Assembly: GCF_964030745.1 (NCBI RefSeq)
Contig: NZ_OZ034918.1
Coordinates: 390,001 to 422,000 of the forward strand
DNA from: Candidatus Saccharimonadota bacterium
GTDB lineage: Bacteria > Bacteroidota > Bacteroidia > Cytophagales > Amoebophilaceae
Reading direction: 5' to 3'
Length of the DNA: 32,000 bases
In this document: in pieces, positions 8,901 to 16,646 of the stretch
How the letters are laid out: the number at the start of each line of letters is the position of its first letter
How positions within the stretch are numbered: position 1 is the first letter of the stretch
Made by a program: the position numbers and the translations under genes
The notes under the pieces: generated by a model
What the model was told of the DNA's origin: nothing
What the model saw: the letters and a program-made list of their open reading frames with translations, nothing else
Database searches by the model: none

Positions 8901-9382
8901 GATAAAATGATTGCCCATAGGATGGGTATATTTTCTACGTCAGGAAATATAATATGGGATATACTAAGGCCAACTTTAAACTGAATAGAAACTATAGCAA
9001 TGGCCATTAGGATTCCAAAGAAAGCGGTTATGATTCGAATGGTTTGGCCGTATAGTATTCCCATAGACTCAGCTACCGAAAGGTGTCCTATAAAGGGCCT
9101 CATTCTTACAATAAGAAATCGAGAGATTAAGTAAAAACCTATGGGAAGGACTAAATCCCTAACTAACGTATACAAACCATTATAGTAGTAAGCATTTAGT
9201 CTGGTTGTTAAAAAACCACCGCCATAAACAGTGGCTATTAAGGAAGCGGTTAACACAACTGTCGGCATTTGTTTATTACCAACTGCATAGTGTTTGAATG
9301 TAGCAACTGACTTGCTACAGTATAAACCTAGTGCCAGTGTAATTACTAAGAATACTATTATGATTAAGCAGTCTATACCCAT
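5957..9382 (-). CDS. Multidomain membrane protein: sodium:solute symporter (SSF/SLC5)-like domain + extra TM block + degenerate histidine-kinase-like region + SpoT/RelA-type HD (p)ppGpp hydrolase domain
   Basis: The N-terminal ~480 aa are polytopic with an SSF-like start (FKHYAVGNKQMP..LTASLIATVYGGGF). The central region has an N-box-like INFWNICRS and an HATPase_c-like end QIVQAHGGYMQTIETATSLTCLYILPV. The C-terminus reads GDPYYTHPMEVAKIV...LAALLHDVVEDT...IKLADRLHNLRT, i.e. HD hydrolase motifs. No synthetase domain. Confidence 0.8.
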   Translation of the reverse strand: MGIDCLIIIVFLVITLALGLYCSKSVATFKHYAVGNKQMPTVVLTASLIATVYGGGFLTTRLNAYYYNGLYTLVRDLVLPIGFYLISRFLIVRMRPFIGHLSVAESMGILYGQTIRIITAFFGILMAIAIVSIQFKVGLSISHIIFPDVENIPILWAIILSLIVITYSSFGGAKPVAFTDVCQFLLFFVCFPVVILILLHYTYHPWDNCKALMQIPKFNPIEVCTWNNVLHTITAYAALMLFPMNPALIQRIYMSSSLQQAARVFRNTAVIRIIFSLLAFSVAIMLHIGGHTPIQGQHVLDYVIHLDYFPGIKGLLVSSIIALLMSTADSDLHVASVLCTNDLFPFLLKKFSIFRTPSLKIARISAVTIGIVSIFIAFYATSILQLLNKSALFYTTVITVPFILPCFGFKPCTVNVLCSMAISTTLIAYIIFVKEQVIEQSDILKFVVMSTCISFALHYLLPKKPNTGWIGIPDYSPVILQNQETKRWWLRKIQYIQSVFTISYWSDIFPKQTSIFISFGIYLTIYSSISLLCIQKIYLDSYIYWYITVMAIGTIIALYPAMHIYQKEGNSLLYGLWPILLYVALFISGIVYMKLSCFTPISCALFIVNVGLSSLLLPYTIIIAMISVTLLIYKWMPPHVALMNYKGLVTTEIMVGLTILLSCLVYRYIRIKFNKQLQIIALDRHYEQKYALASLHNQANWNRLDPTYNGKIVQDIADTLDTSVDKLQIEKHREKLYTLSRFLLQRAKEERTFTLDPKAIQQVKIDSLILQSYESIKGLGKPIQLLLKNKTIEKYLLTEPAILERLFTINFWNICRSKKATEDIITLTITNTLVSYPYYTRNDHEKQLIPPILPALAFSISTETDSPEILPTYEITDKIPLGYLPKTINNLYQEESRQIVQAHGGYMQTIETATSLTCLYILPVDGKKVMQFKRYHTNDLSNKVAETDESLAQEKALISLLISKTTLTEQKIQETISFIKKAHGTTIRKSGDPYYTHPMEVAKIVLEATKNANTILAALLHDVVEDTMVTLEQIELQYGPDIAYVVDMVTHYNTHGYRWKLDNSDNQVILNKCKDIRVVQIKLADRLHNLRTINVRKPEEQKRIAKDTMEFYIPWARKNNVLTWLTEMEDICEQILNVNTM

Positions 9383-9629
9383 AGCTTATCTATATTTTTT
9401 ACGTATTTATGTAAAATACTATAATAAAATTTATTAAATACCTCCATCGCTAGTTTATGCACGGTTCAATAATCATTCTTTTATATTGAAAGATATAGCG
9501 TACATTTACGTTAAGAACGTTTTTCCATGAGGCATTGAAATAAGATACATTACGCATGTAATCATCATGATTTATCAGGTAATAATTTAATTAGGTGCCT
9601 AGTAAGGTTATACACATAAACATAATAAT

Positions 9630-10076
9630 ATGAAAGATTATACTTTACGAGTAACAGCTAGGGCGCTAATAGTAAAAAATAGTCAGTTGTTGCTTGTTAG
9701 CAATGATTATAAAATTTGGCATACACCTGGTGGACACTTAGAACCAAGTGAAATGCTTCCAGATTGCATGGTAAGAGAAGTAAAGGAAGAAACTGGCCTT
9801 GATGTTCAACCAATTCAAATTGTCTATGTTGCAGATTTTTTTGATAAAAAGTATAATATACATAAGGTAGAGGTCTATTTTGCTGCCAAAACATGTGTAA
9901 ATGAGCTTCCTAAAGATTGGTTAGACCAAGATGGCCCGGTTAAAACTGCTCAATTTTTTGATGTTGAAGCCTTAAAAGATATGCATGTTATACCAGCCTT
10001 TTTAAAAACAGGGAAATGGTTAAATTCTGATCTTGATGTTTATCAAAGATCAGAGCGTGGCTCTCTAGTAGTTTAA
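9630..10076 (+). CDS. Nudix hydrolase
   Basis: Nudix box GGHLEPSEMLPDCMVREVKEETGL (GX5EX7REVXEEXGU); 148 aa. Confidence 0.85.
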   Translation: MKDYTLRVTARALIVKNSQLLLVSNDYKIWHTPGGHLEPSEMLPDCMVREVKEETGLDVQPIQIVYVADFFDKKYNIHKVEVYFAAKTCVNELPKDWLDQDGPVKTAQFFDVEALKDMHVIPAFLKTGKWLNSDLDVYQRSERGSLVV

Positions 10077-10203
10077 ATTTTCGTATCCCACCAATGAGCC
10101 TGAAATACGCATAAGTAGGAGCTAACCGAAGGGTCTGCTTTTTTATCAAGAAAAAAGTGGAATAAAATTCATTATTAACCAGTGACGTAAACAGATATTT
10201 TCA

Positions 10204-10484
10204 GTATCCATTCATCACTATGACTACGTTTTTCTGAAAAAGCAAATAACTAACCGAGTACCAGCCCCGCATCTCCTTCGATAAAAAAATGGCGCTCTAG
10301 TAAAACACTAACAGCTGAGCGATATGTTTTTTAGCGGATTAGAAAATCGTCTGTTTGAAGCCCGCGTAGCGGGCTGAGTTTACGATTTTCCCGTTAAAAA
10401 ACATATCGATTCATCTATTTACTATCGGGCCAGACTTTTTATCGAAGGAGATAAGGGGACCCAACCACAGGCGTGAATAGATAC
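10204..10484. mobile_element. Long-palindrome MITE, family A, copy 3, with 8-bp target-site duplication
   Basis: Termini gtatccattca / tgaatagatac are inverted. The element is flanked by the direct repeat tattttca at 10196-10203 and 10485-10492. The interior is collinear with copies 1 and 2. Confidence 0.9.
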
Positions 10485-10507
10485 TATTTTCATTACTTTA
10501 CTGCGTG

Positions 10508-10611
10508 TCCAATTCCTCTATCGGCGGTCAGCAACAAGGGAGGCTTTTATCGACAGCCAGAAACAGAGCGGATCGGATGCCCAATTCCTCTATCAGCGGC
10601 CAGAAATAAGG
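10508..10611 (+). repeat. Cluster of three copies or partial copies of the ~28-bp family B repeat
   Basis: tccaattcctctatcggcggtcag (10508-10531), ttatcgacagccagaaac (about 10546-10563), tgcccaattcctctatcagcggccagaa (10578-10605). Confidence 0.7.
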
Positions 10612-10615
10612 CAAG

Positions 10616-11020
10616 CTACTTATAGTTATCTATATCCCAAGGATTAATGATCTTTAACTCATGCATACTATCAAAATCCTTAGCATTACGTGTAATCAAG
10701 GTTAACTTATGTACCATAGCTGTAGCTGCTATAATAGCATCAGGAAGTTTAATCTTTATTTCTTTCCTGATTTCAACTGTTTTAAGCTTTATGGGCTGTT
10801 CTAGCTCAATAATTGGAGCCTTATTAAGAAATTTATTCAATACCTTTGTTCCATCCGAACTATCTGTTTTCCAACACAATAACTCTAGCTCTGTAACCAC
10901 TGATATTGTCGGGAAACCTGATTTTAGCAATCCATGTATATAATTCCGTACAATCTCTGGAAATTGTTTTTGTAAGTAATAAATGACCGTATTAGTGTCC
11001 CATAAATATTTTACTCCCAT
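10616..11020 (-). CDS. vapC: PIN-domain toxin (VapC-like)
   Basis: 134 aa. N-terminal WDTNTVIYYL acidic motif and DAIIAATA motif typical of PIN. Overlaps the upstream small ORF by 10 nt, as expected for a TA operon. Confidence 0.8.
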   Translation of the reverse strand: MGVKYLWDTNTVIYYLQKQFPEIVRNYIHGLLKSGFPTISVVTELELLCWKTDSSDGTKVLNKFLNKAPIIELEQPIKLKTVEIRKEIKIKLPDAIIAATAMVHKLTLITRNAKDFDSMHELKIINPWDIDNYK

Positions 11021-11247
11021 CCATTTCTAAGTTCTTGAAGCTGTTGATCTAATGCTTCTAATGGTTGCTTATGCATAAGCCCTTCAAAGGGTGCAATCCA
11101 GTTCTTAGATATTATTTTTTTATGCTCTTTAGTGCTTTTATCCAGTTGTATAAGTTGCAATGATTCCAACTCTCTTAGAAGCCCTAATGCTTTATGATTA
11201 ATGATATGTACAGTTACTTTTCGCATAACAGTAAAATTTATATACAT
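11011..11247 (-). CDS. Putative antitoxin partner of VapC
   Basis: Small ORF immediately upstream of and overlapping the PIN gene. The likely true start is the internal Met (MRKVTVHI..) at about 11226. No motif recognised, so the call rests on context only. Confidence 0.5.
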   Translation of the reverse strand: MYINFTVMRKVTVHIINHKALGLLRELESLQLIQLDKSTKEHKKIISKNWIAPFEGLMHKQPLEALDQQLQELRNGWE

Positions 11248-11475
11248 GAATTAAAGGTTATAAATATATAATAAAAACCAATGGATTTAAAGGCTTTTTT
11301 GTACTTCTAAAGTAGCTAAAAGTGAGCAAAACATAGTAGTTTACTACTATAGCATAAGTGCCTTAGCTTAATGATTTATTCGGTGCTTGAAATAAGGAGC
11401 CTTATAGAGGTGGTTAAATATATATAAAAAGGACTATTAGTTTAGCTGGTTTACTTTATTAGGTCTATTTTTATG

Positions 11476-11503
11476 TGCCCAATTCCTCTATCAGCGGCCA
11501 GAA
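11476..11503 (+). repeat. Family B 28-bp repeat, identical to 10578-10605
   Basis: tgcccaattcctctatcagcggccagaa, 28/28 identical to the copy just downstream of vapC. Overlaps the last codons and the stop of the methyltransferase gene. Confidence 0.85.
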
Positions 11504-12267
11504 GCGGGGCAGCAAAACCGTTTCCAATTGTCACATAAAATGGCGGTAGCCGTGGCTGCATTTAAGGAATTGGCCTGGCCATATCTAGGAATCGCAATAG
11601 CCTCAGTAAGGATTGCCTTTACAGCTGGCTGAATTCCATGGGATTCATTCCCAATAACCAATACACCATGGCCTGGAAAGGCAAAATCATGCACAGGCTG
11701 ACCATCTAATGTAGCACCTAAAATAGGTAGTTTCAGCCCCTCTAAATAACGTGGCAAGTCTACATAATGCAAGTTGACCTTTGCAAAAGAACCCATACTC
11801 GCTTGTAGCACCTTTGGATTATATAACTCTACAGTGGTTTGAGAACAGAGTATGGTGGCTATGCCATACCAATCTGCTATACGAATAATAGTACCTAAAT
11901 TACCAGGATCCTGAATGCCATCTAATGCTAGAGTGATGTCAACAGGTGATATAGATGGCTCAGTGGCGCTGGGTATAGCCGCTACTGCTAGCACTTCATG
12001 GTTGTGTACAAAGGAACCTAAACCAGAAAGAACCTCTTTTTTAGTTTCAAATACCTCCGTTTCTTTACGAATAGAAGCAACAATATCCTGATTTGCTACA
12101 AAAAAAGAAGAAGTGCCTACGATGCATTTTATAGCATAACGGGCACTGAGCAATGCTTGGATACTTTTTTTTCCCTCTAAAACAAAAGCAGCCTGCTCTA
12201 AGCGGTATTTTTTAAGTGCCAACTGACGAATGCATGTGGCCTTTTTTTTGCTTAACGTAGGATACAT
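11491..12267 (-). CDS. SpoU/TrmH-family RNA 2'-O-methyltransferase
   Basis: GIQDPGNLGTIIRIADWYG, LVIGNESHGI and IPRYGQANSLNAATATAIL motifs. Confidence 0.85.
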   Translation of the reverse strand: MYPTLSKKKATCIRQLALKKYRLEQAAFVLEGKKSIQALLSARYAIKCIVGTSSFFVANQDIVASIRKETEVFETKKEVLSGLGSFVHNHEVLAVAAIPSATEPSISPVDITLALDGIQDPGNLGTIIRIADWYGIATILCSQTTVELYNPKVLQASMGSFAKVNLHYVDLPRYLEGLKLPILGATLDGQPVHDFAFPGHGVLVIGNESHGIQPAVKAILTEAIAIPRYGQANSLNAATATAILCDNWKRFCCPASGR

Positions 12268-12285
12268 GGTTACAGGCCTACCTTA

Positions 12286-13635
12286 CTACAATAGCTTTTC
12301 GTGAAACATGCCAGCTAGTCGATAGAGTTCAAATTCTGCTTGCTTTACCTTAAAAGCATGTTCTACTACACCGATTTCTGCTTTTTGAGTAGCTTCTTCT
12401 GCTTCATGTAGTTCCAGTAGCTTTACTTGCTTGAGACGGTACTTTTCTCTTATAAAAGCCAGTTTTTGTTTATTTATTTTCAGTTGCTCTTCTGCCACCT
12501 TATGCGCATCTAAGGCATGGCGGTATTGCCATGTTTTATCTTCTAAACGACCCTCTACTGCTGATTGTTGTTGCTGCAATGCAAAGGTTGCATGATCTAA
12601 TGCAATCCTAGCCTTTTGAACCTTTGCAGGCATTAGCAGGAAGGTAAGGATATCTATACTCATGCCAATGCTCCCTCGCCACTGCATAGACTTATCATAC
12701 AGATGCAATGCTCCCTCACCTAAATCATATCGATAACCATTGGAACGAAACCCACCTGATAGGCTGATACAAGAAAGTGGATAGGCCTTAGCCCTACTTA
12801 CCTCGGTTTTGGCTATGTCTACCCGCTTTTTGTGTATGGATTCGTCCAAATCAACCACTTTATCCTTTGTAACCGCTTTCATATCCCATATAGGCTGTAC
12901 AGAAATAGTGGATTGAACCAATGTTTCTGTATGAATGGGTTTACCAAGTATTAAGTTTAAATTGCGACGTTTGCCTTTCAAGGCTTCCTGACGCTCCAAT
13001 AAACTTAACTTTACCTGCTTTAAGGCCAGCTGCGCATCTAAACAATCTATTTTGGAAATGCGGCCTATCTTTAACTTCTCCTCCTCTACCTTTAACCTGG
13101 CTGTGGCAAGCTTGAGTAAATTATTGGATAATTCCCATTTTTTTTGCGCCAATGCTAGTTCATAATAAGCAGTAATGACTTGCTGCAACTCCTTTTCTAC
13201 CGATTTTTTTGCAACGAGCTGATGTATACAATTACTTTGACAATGAATTTTCGTCTGAAAAATTTTATCACATAGTGATGAGAACTCCCATTTTAATGTA
13301 AAAAAAGGCATAGAGTGAATGTACAGTTGTAGGGTCGGTCCTTCCGCGTTACCTTCTTGAGAAGATCCTTTAATACCTGATTGCCAAATATTTTCACTAG
13401 AAACCATAAAGGTAGCTCGAGGAGCCCATATGCGAAAAGTGTCTATTCTATTAGATAGGATTGCTTGCTTTTTAGTCTTTGCAGCAATCTGAATAGGTAC
13501 ATTATCTTTTAGTGCCATCTGTATGGCTTCTTGTAAACTAATGGGCGTTTCTTTGGCTTGGATTTTATTGTAAGCAAAAAGTGTTATACTAGCCATCAGG
13601 CTCAAACGTAACACCAAGTTTTTAATCATTAACAT
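12286..13635 (-). CDS. Outer-membrane efflux protein (TolC/OEP family), paralogue 1
   Basis: Signal-like N-terminus, 449 aa, two coiled-coil-rich repeats. Last gene of the exporter operon. Long blocks are shared with the 28205-29485 product. Confidence 0.8.
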   Translation of the reverse strand: MLMIKNLVLRLSLMASITLFAYNKIQAKETPISLQEAIQMALKDNVPIQIAAKTKKQAILSNRIDTFRIWAPRATFMVSSENIWQSGIKGSSQEGNAEGPTLQLYIHSMPFFTLKWEFSSLCDKIFQTKIHCQSNCIHQLVAKKSVEKELQQVITAYYELALAQKKWELSNNLLKLATARLKVEEEKLKIGRISKIDCLDAQLALKQVKLSLLERQEALKGKRRNLNLILGKPIHTETLVQSTISVQPIWDMKAVTKDKVVDLDESIHKKRVDIAKTEVSRAKAYPLSCISLSGGFRSNGYRYDLGEGALHLYDKSMQWRGSIGMSIDILTFLLMPAKVQKARIALDHATFALQQQQSAVEGRLEDKTWQYRHALDAHKVAEEQLKINKQKLAFIREKYRLKQVKLLELHEAEEATQKAEIGVVEHAFKVKQAEFELYRLAGMFHEKLL

Positions 13636-13653
13636 TTTTAGTAAAATTTTTAT

Positions 13654-14313
13654 TTAGACAATTTTTCCATCTACAATTTCTTGAATATTATTGCATTGCC
13701 GTGCTACCTGAACAGAGTGTGTTACGATAAGAATGGTATTCCCCTCTCTATTCATTTCCTTAAGTAGGGCCATGATTTCATGGGCCGTACTACTATCTAA
13801 GGAGCCGGTTGGCTCATCTGCTAAAATTAAAGGAGGCGCTGTTACCAATGCGCGTGCAATAGCCACTCTTTGCTGCTGCCCACCTGAAAGGGAGCTCGGT
13901 CTGTGACGAACATATGCAGACAATCCAACTTTATCAAGCATGGCCAAGGCACGTTTGCAACACTCGTCTCTGTCTATTCCTTGGTAATAGAGGGGCAAGG
14001 CCACATTTTCTAAAGCCGTTTTAAAGGGAATTAAATGAAACCGCTGAAAGATAAACCCTATTAACTGACTTCTATATTTACTGGCTTTTTGGTTAGAAAG
14101 ATTTTTTACATGGACCCCATTCAGGTAATAGTTCCCACGGTCATAATCATCTAGTATACCAATAATATTCAACAACGTAGACTTACCAGCACCAGATTGC
14201 CCCATTAAGGCAACAAGATCTCCTTTTTCAAGATGAAAATTGATCCCCCTAAGTACTTCTCTAGTAACCGTGCCGTTTTGATAGGATTTATATAAGTCCT
14301 GAATCTGAATCAT
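13654..14313 (-). CDS. ABC transporter ATP-binding protein (MacB/LolD-type NBD)
   Basis: Walker A GQSGAGKST, signature LSGGQQQRVAIARAL, Walker B LILADEPTGSLD. Confidence 0.9.
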   Translation of the reverse strand: MIQIQDLYKSYQNGTVTREVLRGINFHLEKGDLVALMGQSGAGKSTLLNIIGILDDYDRGNYYLNGVHVKNLSNQKASKYRSQLIGFIFQRFHLIPFKTALENVALPLYYQGIDRDECCKRALAMLDKVGLSAYVRHRPSSLSGGQQQRVAIARALVTAPPLILADEPTGSLDSSTAHEIMALLKEMNREGNTILIVTHSVQVARQCNNIQEIVDGKIV

Positions 14314-14314
14314 G

Positions 14315-15445
14315 CTACGTTTCTACAATTAAGTGGTCGGCTTCCGTAAGCCCTTCCTTTACTTCTACATAAATGCCATCTGATAACCCCAACACCACAT
14401 TTTTTTTAACTACTTTACCTTCATGCAAACATTTTACGAAATAGGTAGCGCCTTCCATGTGAACCATGCGCTCTGGAATAGCCAACACATCGTTTGCTTG
14501 CTCTAAAATTACCTCTGCAAGGGCTATATAGCCTGCGCGTAAAGTAACCTTTGACTTTTTAGGTTTTCGTATAACCCCTTCTATTTCAAATTTGGTTTCT
14601 CCTTTTTTTAATGCTTCTTCACTGGCTTTTGGTGAAATTTTGGTTAAAGTAACTTGGAGTTTTTCCTCATTTAAAGCATTTAAGGAGGCTGTAAAGGTCA
14701 TACCTTTGGTGAGATGGACTACATCTAATTCACTTACCTTCGCGGAAAATAAAAACTGATCCATATCTCCAATCACGGCTACTGTGGCTCCAGAAGCCCT
14801 TTCGCTCACTGCCTGCACCATACTGCCCTCTTTAACTGGCAGGTCTAAGATGGTCCCTTTCGTAGTAGCTTTCACAACATTGGCAGCTGCTCCTTTTGTG
14901 GTAGTATAGCCACGCTGACTGATTTCTAACTCCTTCTGAGCTGCAACAACTTTTTCTTTGCTTTGCTCCCACTCTGCTAAAGAGGCTTCATAGGCTTCTT
15001 TAGCCAACATCTTTTTACTAAAAAGTTGCTTGTTTCTTAAGTATTTGGCTCTGGCTTGATTCCGATCAATAGTAGCCAAACGCAACTTGCTTGCTGCAAC
15101 CTGAACTTGTTGTGGCTTAGGTTGTATTTTAATACGGGCAACAGCTGCACCTTGCTGTATATAATCCCCTACCCGTACAAATAGTTTGTCTATAATACCG
15201 GTAACATGCGCCTCTAGCTTAATTTCTTTATGGGGTATAAGGCTACCAGAAAACACTTTTTTTCGAACAATGGTTCTACAAGTAGGCTGTGTGGTTGGAA
15301 CAACTACCTGATCTACGCTCCTCCAAAAGGCTAGTTGATCTAACTTGTTCCATTGGTCTTTATATAGTTTGGCATAAGCAAAAACCCCTCCAGTGAGGAT
15401 ACCAGTGGTTAAAATCAATTTGGTTATTATACGCATTTTATTCAT
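14315..15445 (-). CDS. Periplasmic adaptor / membrane fusion protein (HlyD/MacA family)
   Basis: N-terminal anchor, lipoyl-like hairpins (GIIDKLFVRVGDYIQQGAAVARI), central coiled coil and C-terminal beta domain. 8-nt overlap with the upstream permease. Confidence 0.85.
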   Translation of the reverse strand: MNKMRIITKLILTTGILTGGVFAYAKLYKDQWNKLDQLAFWRSVDQVVVPTTQPTCRTIVRKKVFSGSLIPHKEIKLEAHVTGIIDKLFVRVGDYIQQGAAVARIKIQPKPQQVQVAASKLRLATIDRNQARAKYLRNKQLFSKKMLAKEAYEASLAEWEQSKEKVVAAQKELEISQRGYTTTKGAAANVVKATTKGTILDLPVKEGSMVQAVSERASGATVAVIGDMDQFLFSAKVSELDVVHLTKGMTFTASLNALNEEKLQVTLTKISPKASEEALKKGETKFEIEGVIRKPKKSKVTLRAGYIALAEVILEQANDVLAIPERMVHMEGATYFVKCLHEGKVVKKNVVLGLSDGIYVEVKEGLTEADHLIVET

Positions 15446-16637
15446 TATTTAAAGCATCTACTGGCCTAATGGACAATGCTCTTTTTACAGGGATCATACC
15501 AGCTAAACAACCAGAACACACCAAAACGACTAAGGCATATCCAGGAAATTGAAATTCAAAACGAGCAATACCATATTTTTCAATAATAGGCAACAGATAG
15601 TTATTTACCCATCGAAGGATGGTGATGCCCGCTCCCAAACCTAAGATACCAGAAATCAAGTTAATGGCAACCGATTCGAATAAAATTAAACCGATAATAT
15701 GGCTGGACTTAGCTCCAACTACCTTACGAATAGCCAGTTCTTGTGTACGTTCTTTCACGACCACTAACATCATGTTGCCTACCCCCACTACGCCACTAAC
15801 CAAAAAACAGAAGCTAACCAGCCAAATAAATGCCTGCATCATGATAAACAATAGTTGAAAAGATCGAGCCCGTTTAGATAAACTATGTATATACACTGCC
15901 TGCCTATCTTCCGCATCAAAATGGAGCCGCCTGGCCAAATAGGCGCGCACTTTTTTTTCTACCTGTAGCGGATTTTGTTTGGGCGCTAAGGTAGCAATGA
16001 CAGAATCAACCTGCTCTGCATGGTTGGGGAACAATGCTTTAAATAAACTGCTTGGAATAATGACTTTATCATCATCTATTCCAGCTGTTGCCTCTAATAC
16101 ACCAATCACCGCAAGAACAGTGCCATCTATGGTAATGAACTGCCCAACCGCTTCCTGTCTATCAAATAGGTCAGTTTTCATTTTCAAGCCTAGGATACAA
16201 ACTGGTAGCCTTTGGACTACATCACGTTCGGAGAAAAAACGCCCCGCCACAAGCTCCAAGTATTTCATCTTTTCATACCCAATACGTACACCTAATATAG
16301 GGCTTTTATATAGGTTTTGCCCGTAAGCAACAGAACTATTAGTGCGAAAGACAGGCATGATGTGCTCAAAAACATTCAAATTACTGGCAAGGTCATCTGT
16401 TAATGCTTCTGTCAAATGCATTTGATCTGTTAGCCTGTAACCTGCATAAATGTACAACAAACGGTCACTATAGCGCTGAAATCTTGTAACCATACCATTA
16501 TAAAGTCCAGTGCCTGCCCCTTGTAAAAGCACCAAGATCAACATTGCCCACATCACACCAAACCCGGTAAAAACAGTCCGCATTTTATGGGCTTTTAAAC
16601 TATCAAGAGCCTCTAAAAACAACTGATATCCAAACAT
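15438..16637 (-). CDS. ABC transporter permease (MacB_PCD + FtsX domain), copy 2
   Basis: One N-terminal TM, a large periplasmic domain and a C-terminal FtsX-like 3-TM bundle ending ..PVKRALSIRPVDALNNE. Confidence 0.85.
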   Translation of the reverse strand: MFGYQLFLEALDSLKAHKMRTVFTGFGVMWAMLILVLLQGAGTGLYNGMVTRFQRYSDRLLYIYAGYRLTDQMHLTEALTDDLASNLNVFEHIMPVFRTNSSVAYGQNLYKSPILGVRIGYEKMKYLELVAGRFFSERDVVQRLPVCILGLKMKTDLFDRQEAVGQFITIDGTVLAVIGVLEATAGIDDDKVIIPSSLFKALFPNHAEQVDSVIATLAPKQNPLQVEKKVRAYLARRLHFDAEDRQAVYIHSLSKRARSFQLLFIMMQAFIWLVSFCFLVSGVVGVGNMMLVVVKERTQELAIRKVVGAKSSHIIGLILFESVAINLISGILGLGAGITILRWVNNYLLPIIEKYGIARFEFQFPGYALVVLVCSGCLAGMIPVKRALSIRPVDALNNE

Positions 16638-16646
16638 AAATTATTT

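Noticed and set aside
10647-10943. 98-aa ORF antisense to vapC
   Set aside because: It lies entirely within the PIN gene on the opposite strand. The PIN motifs support the minus-strand reading.
15619-16326. Plus-strand ORFs (79 and 115 aa) inside the permease gene
   Set aside because: These are shadow ORFs antisense to a gene with a clear FtsX/MacB architecture.
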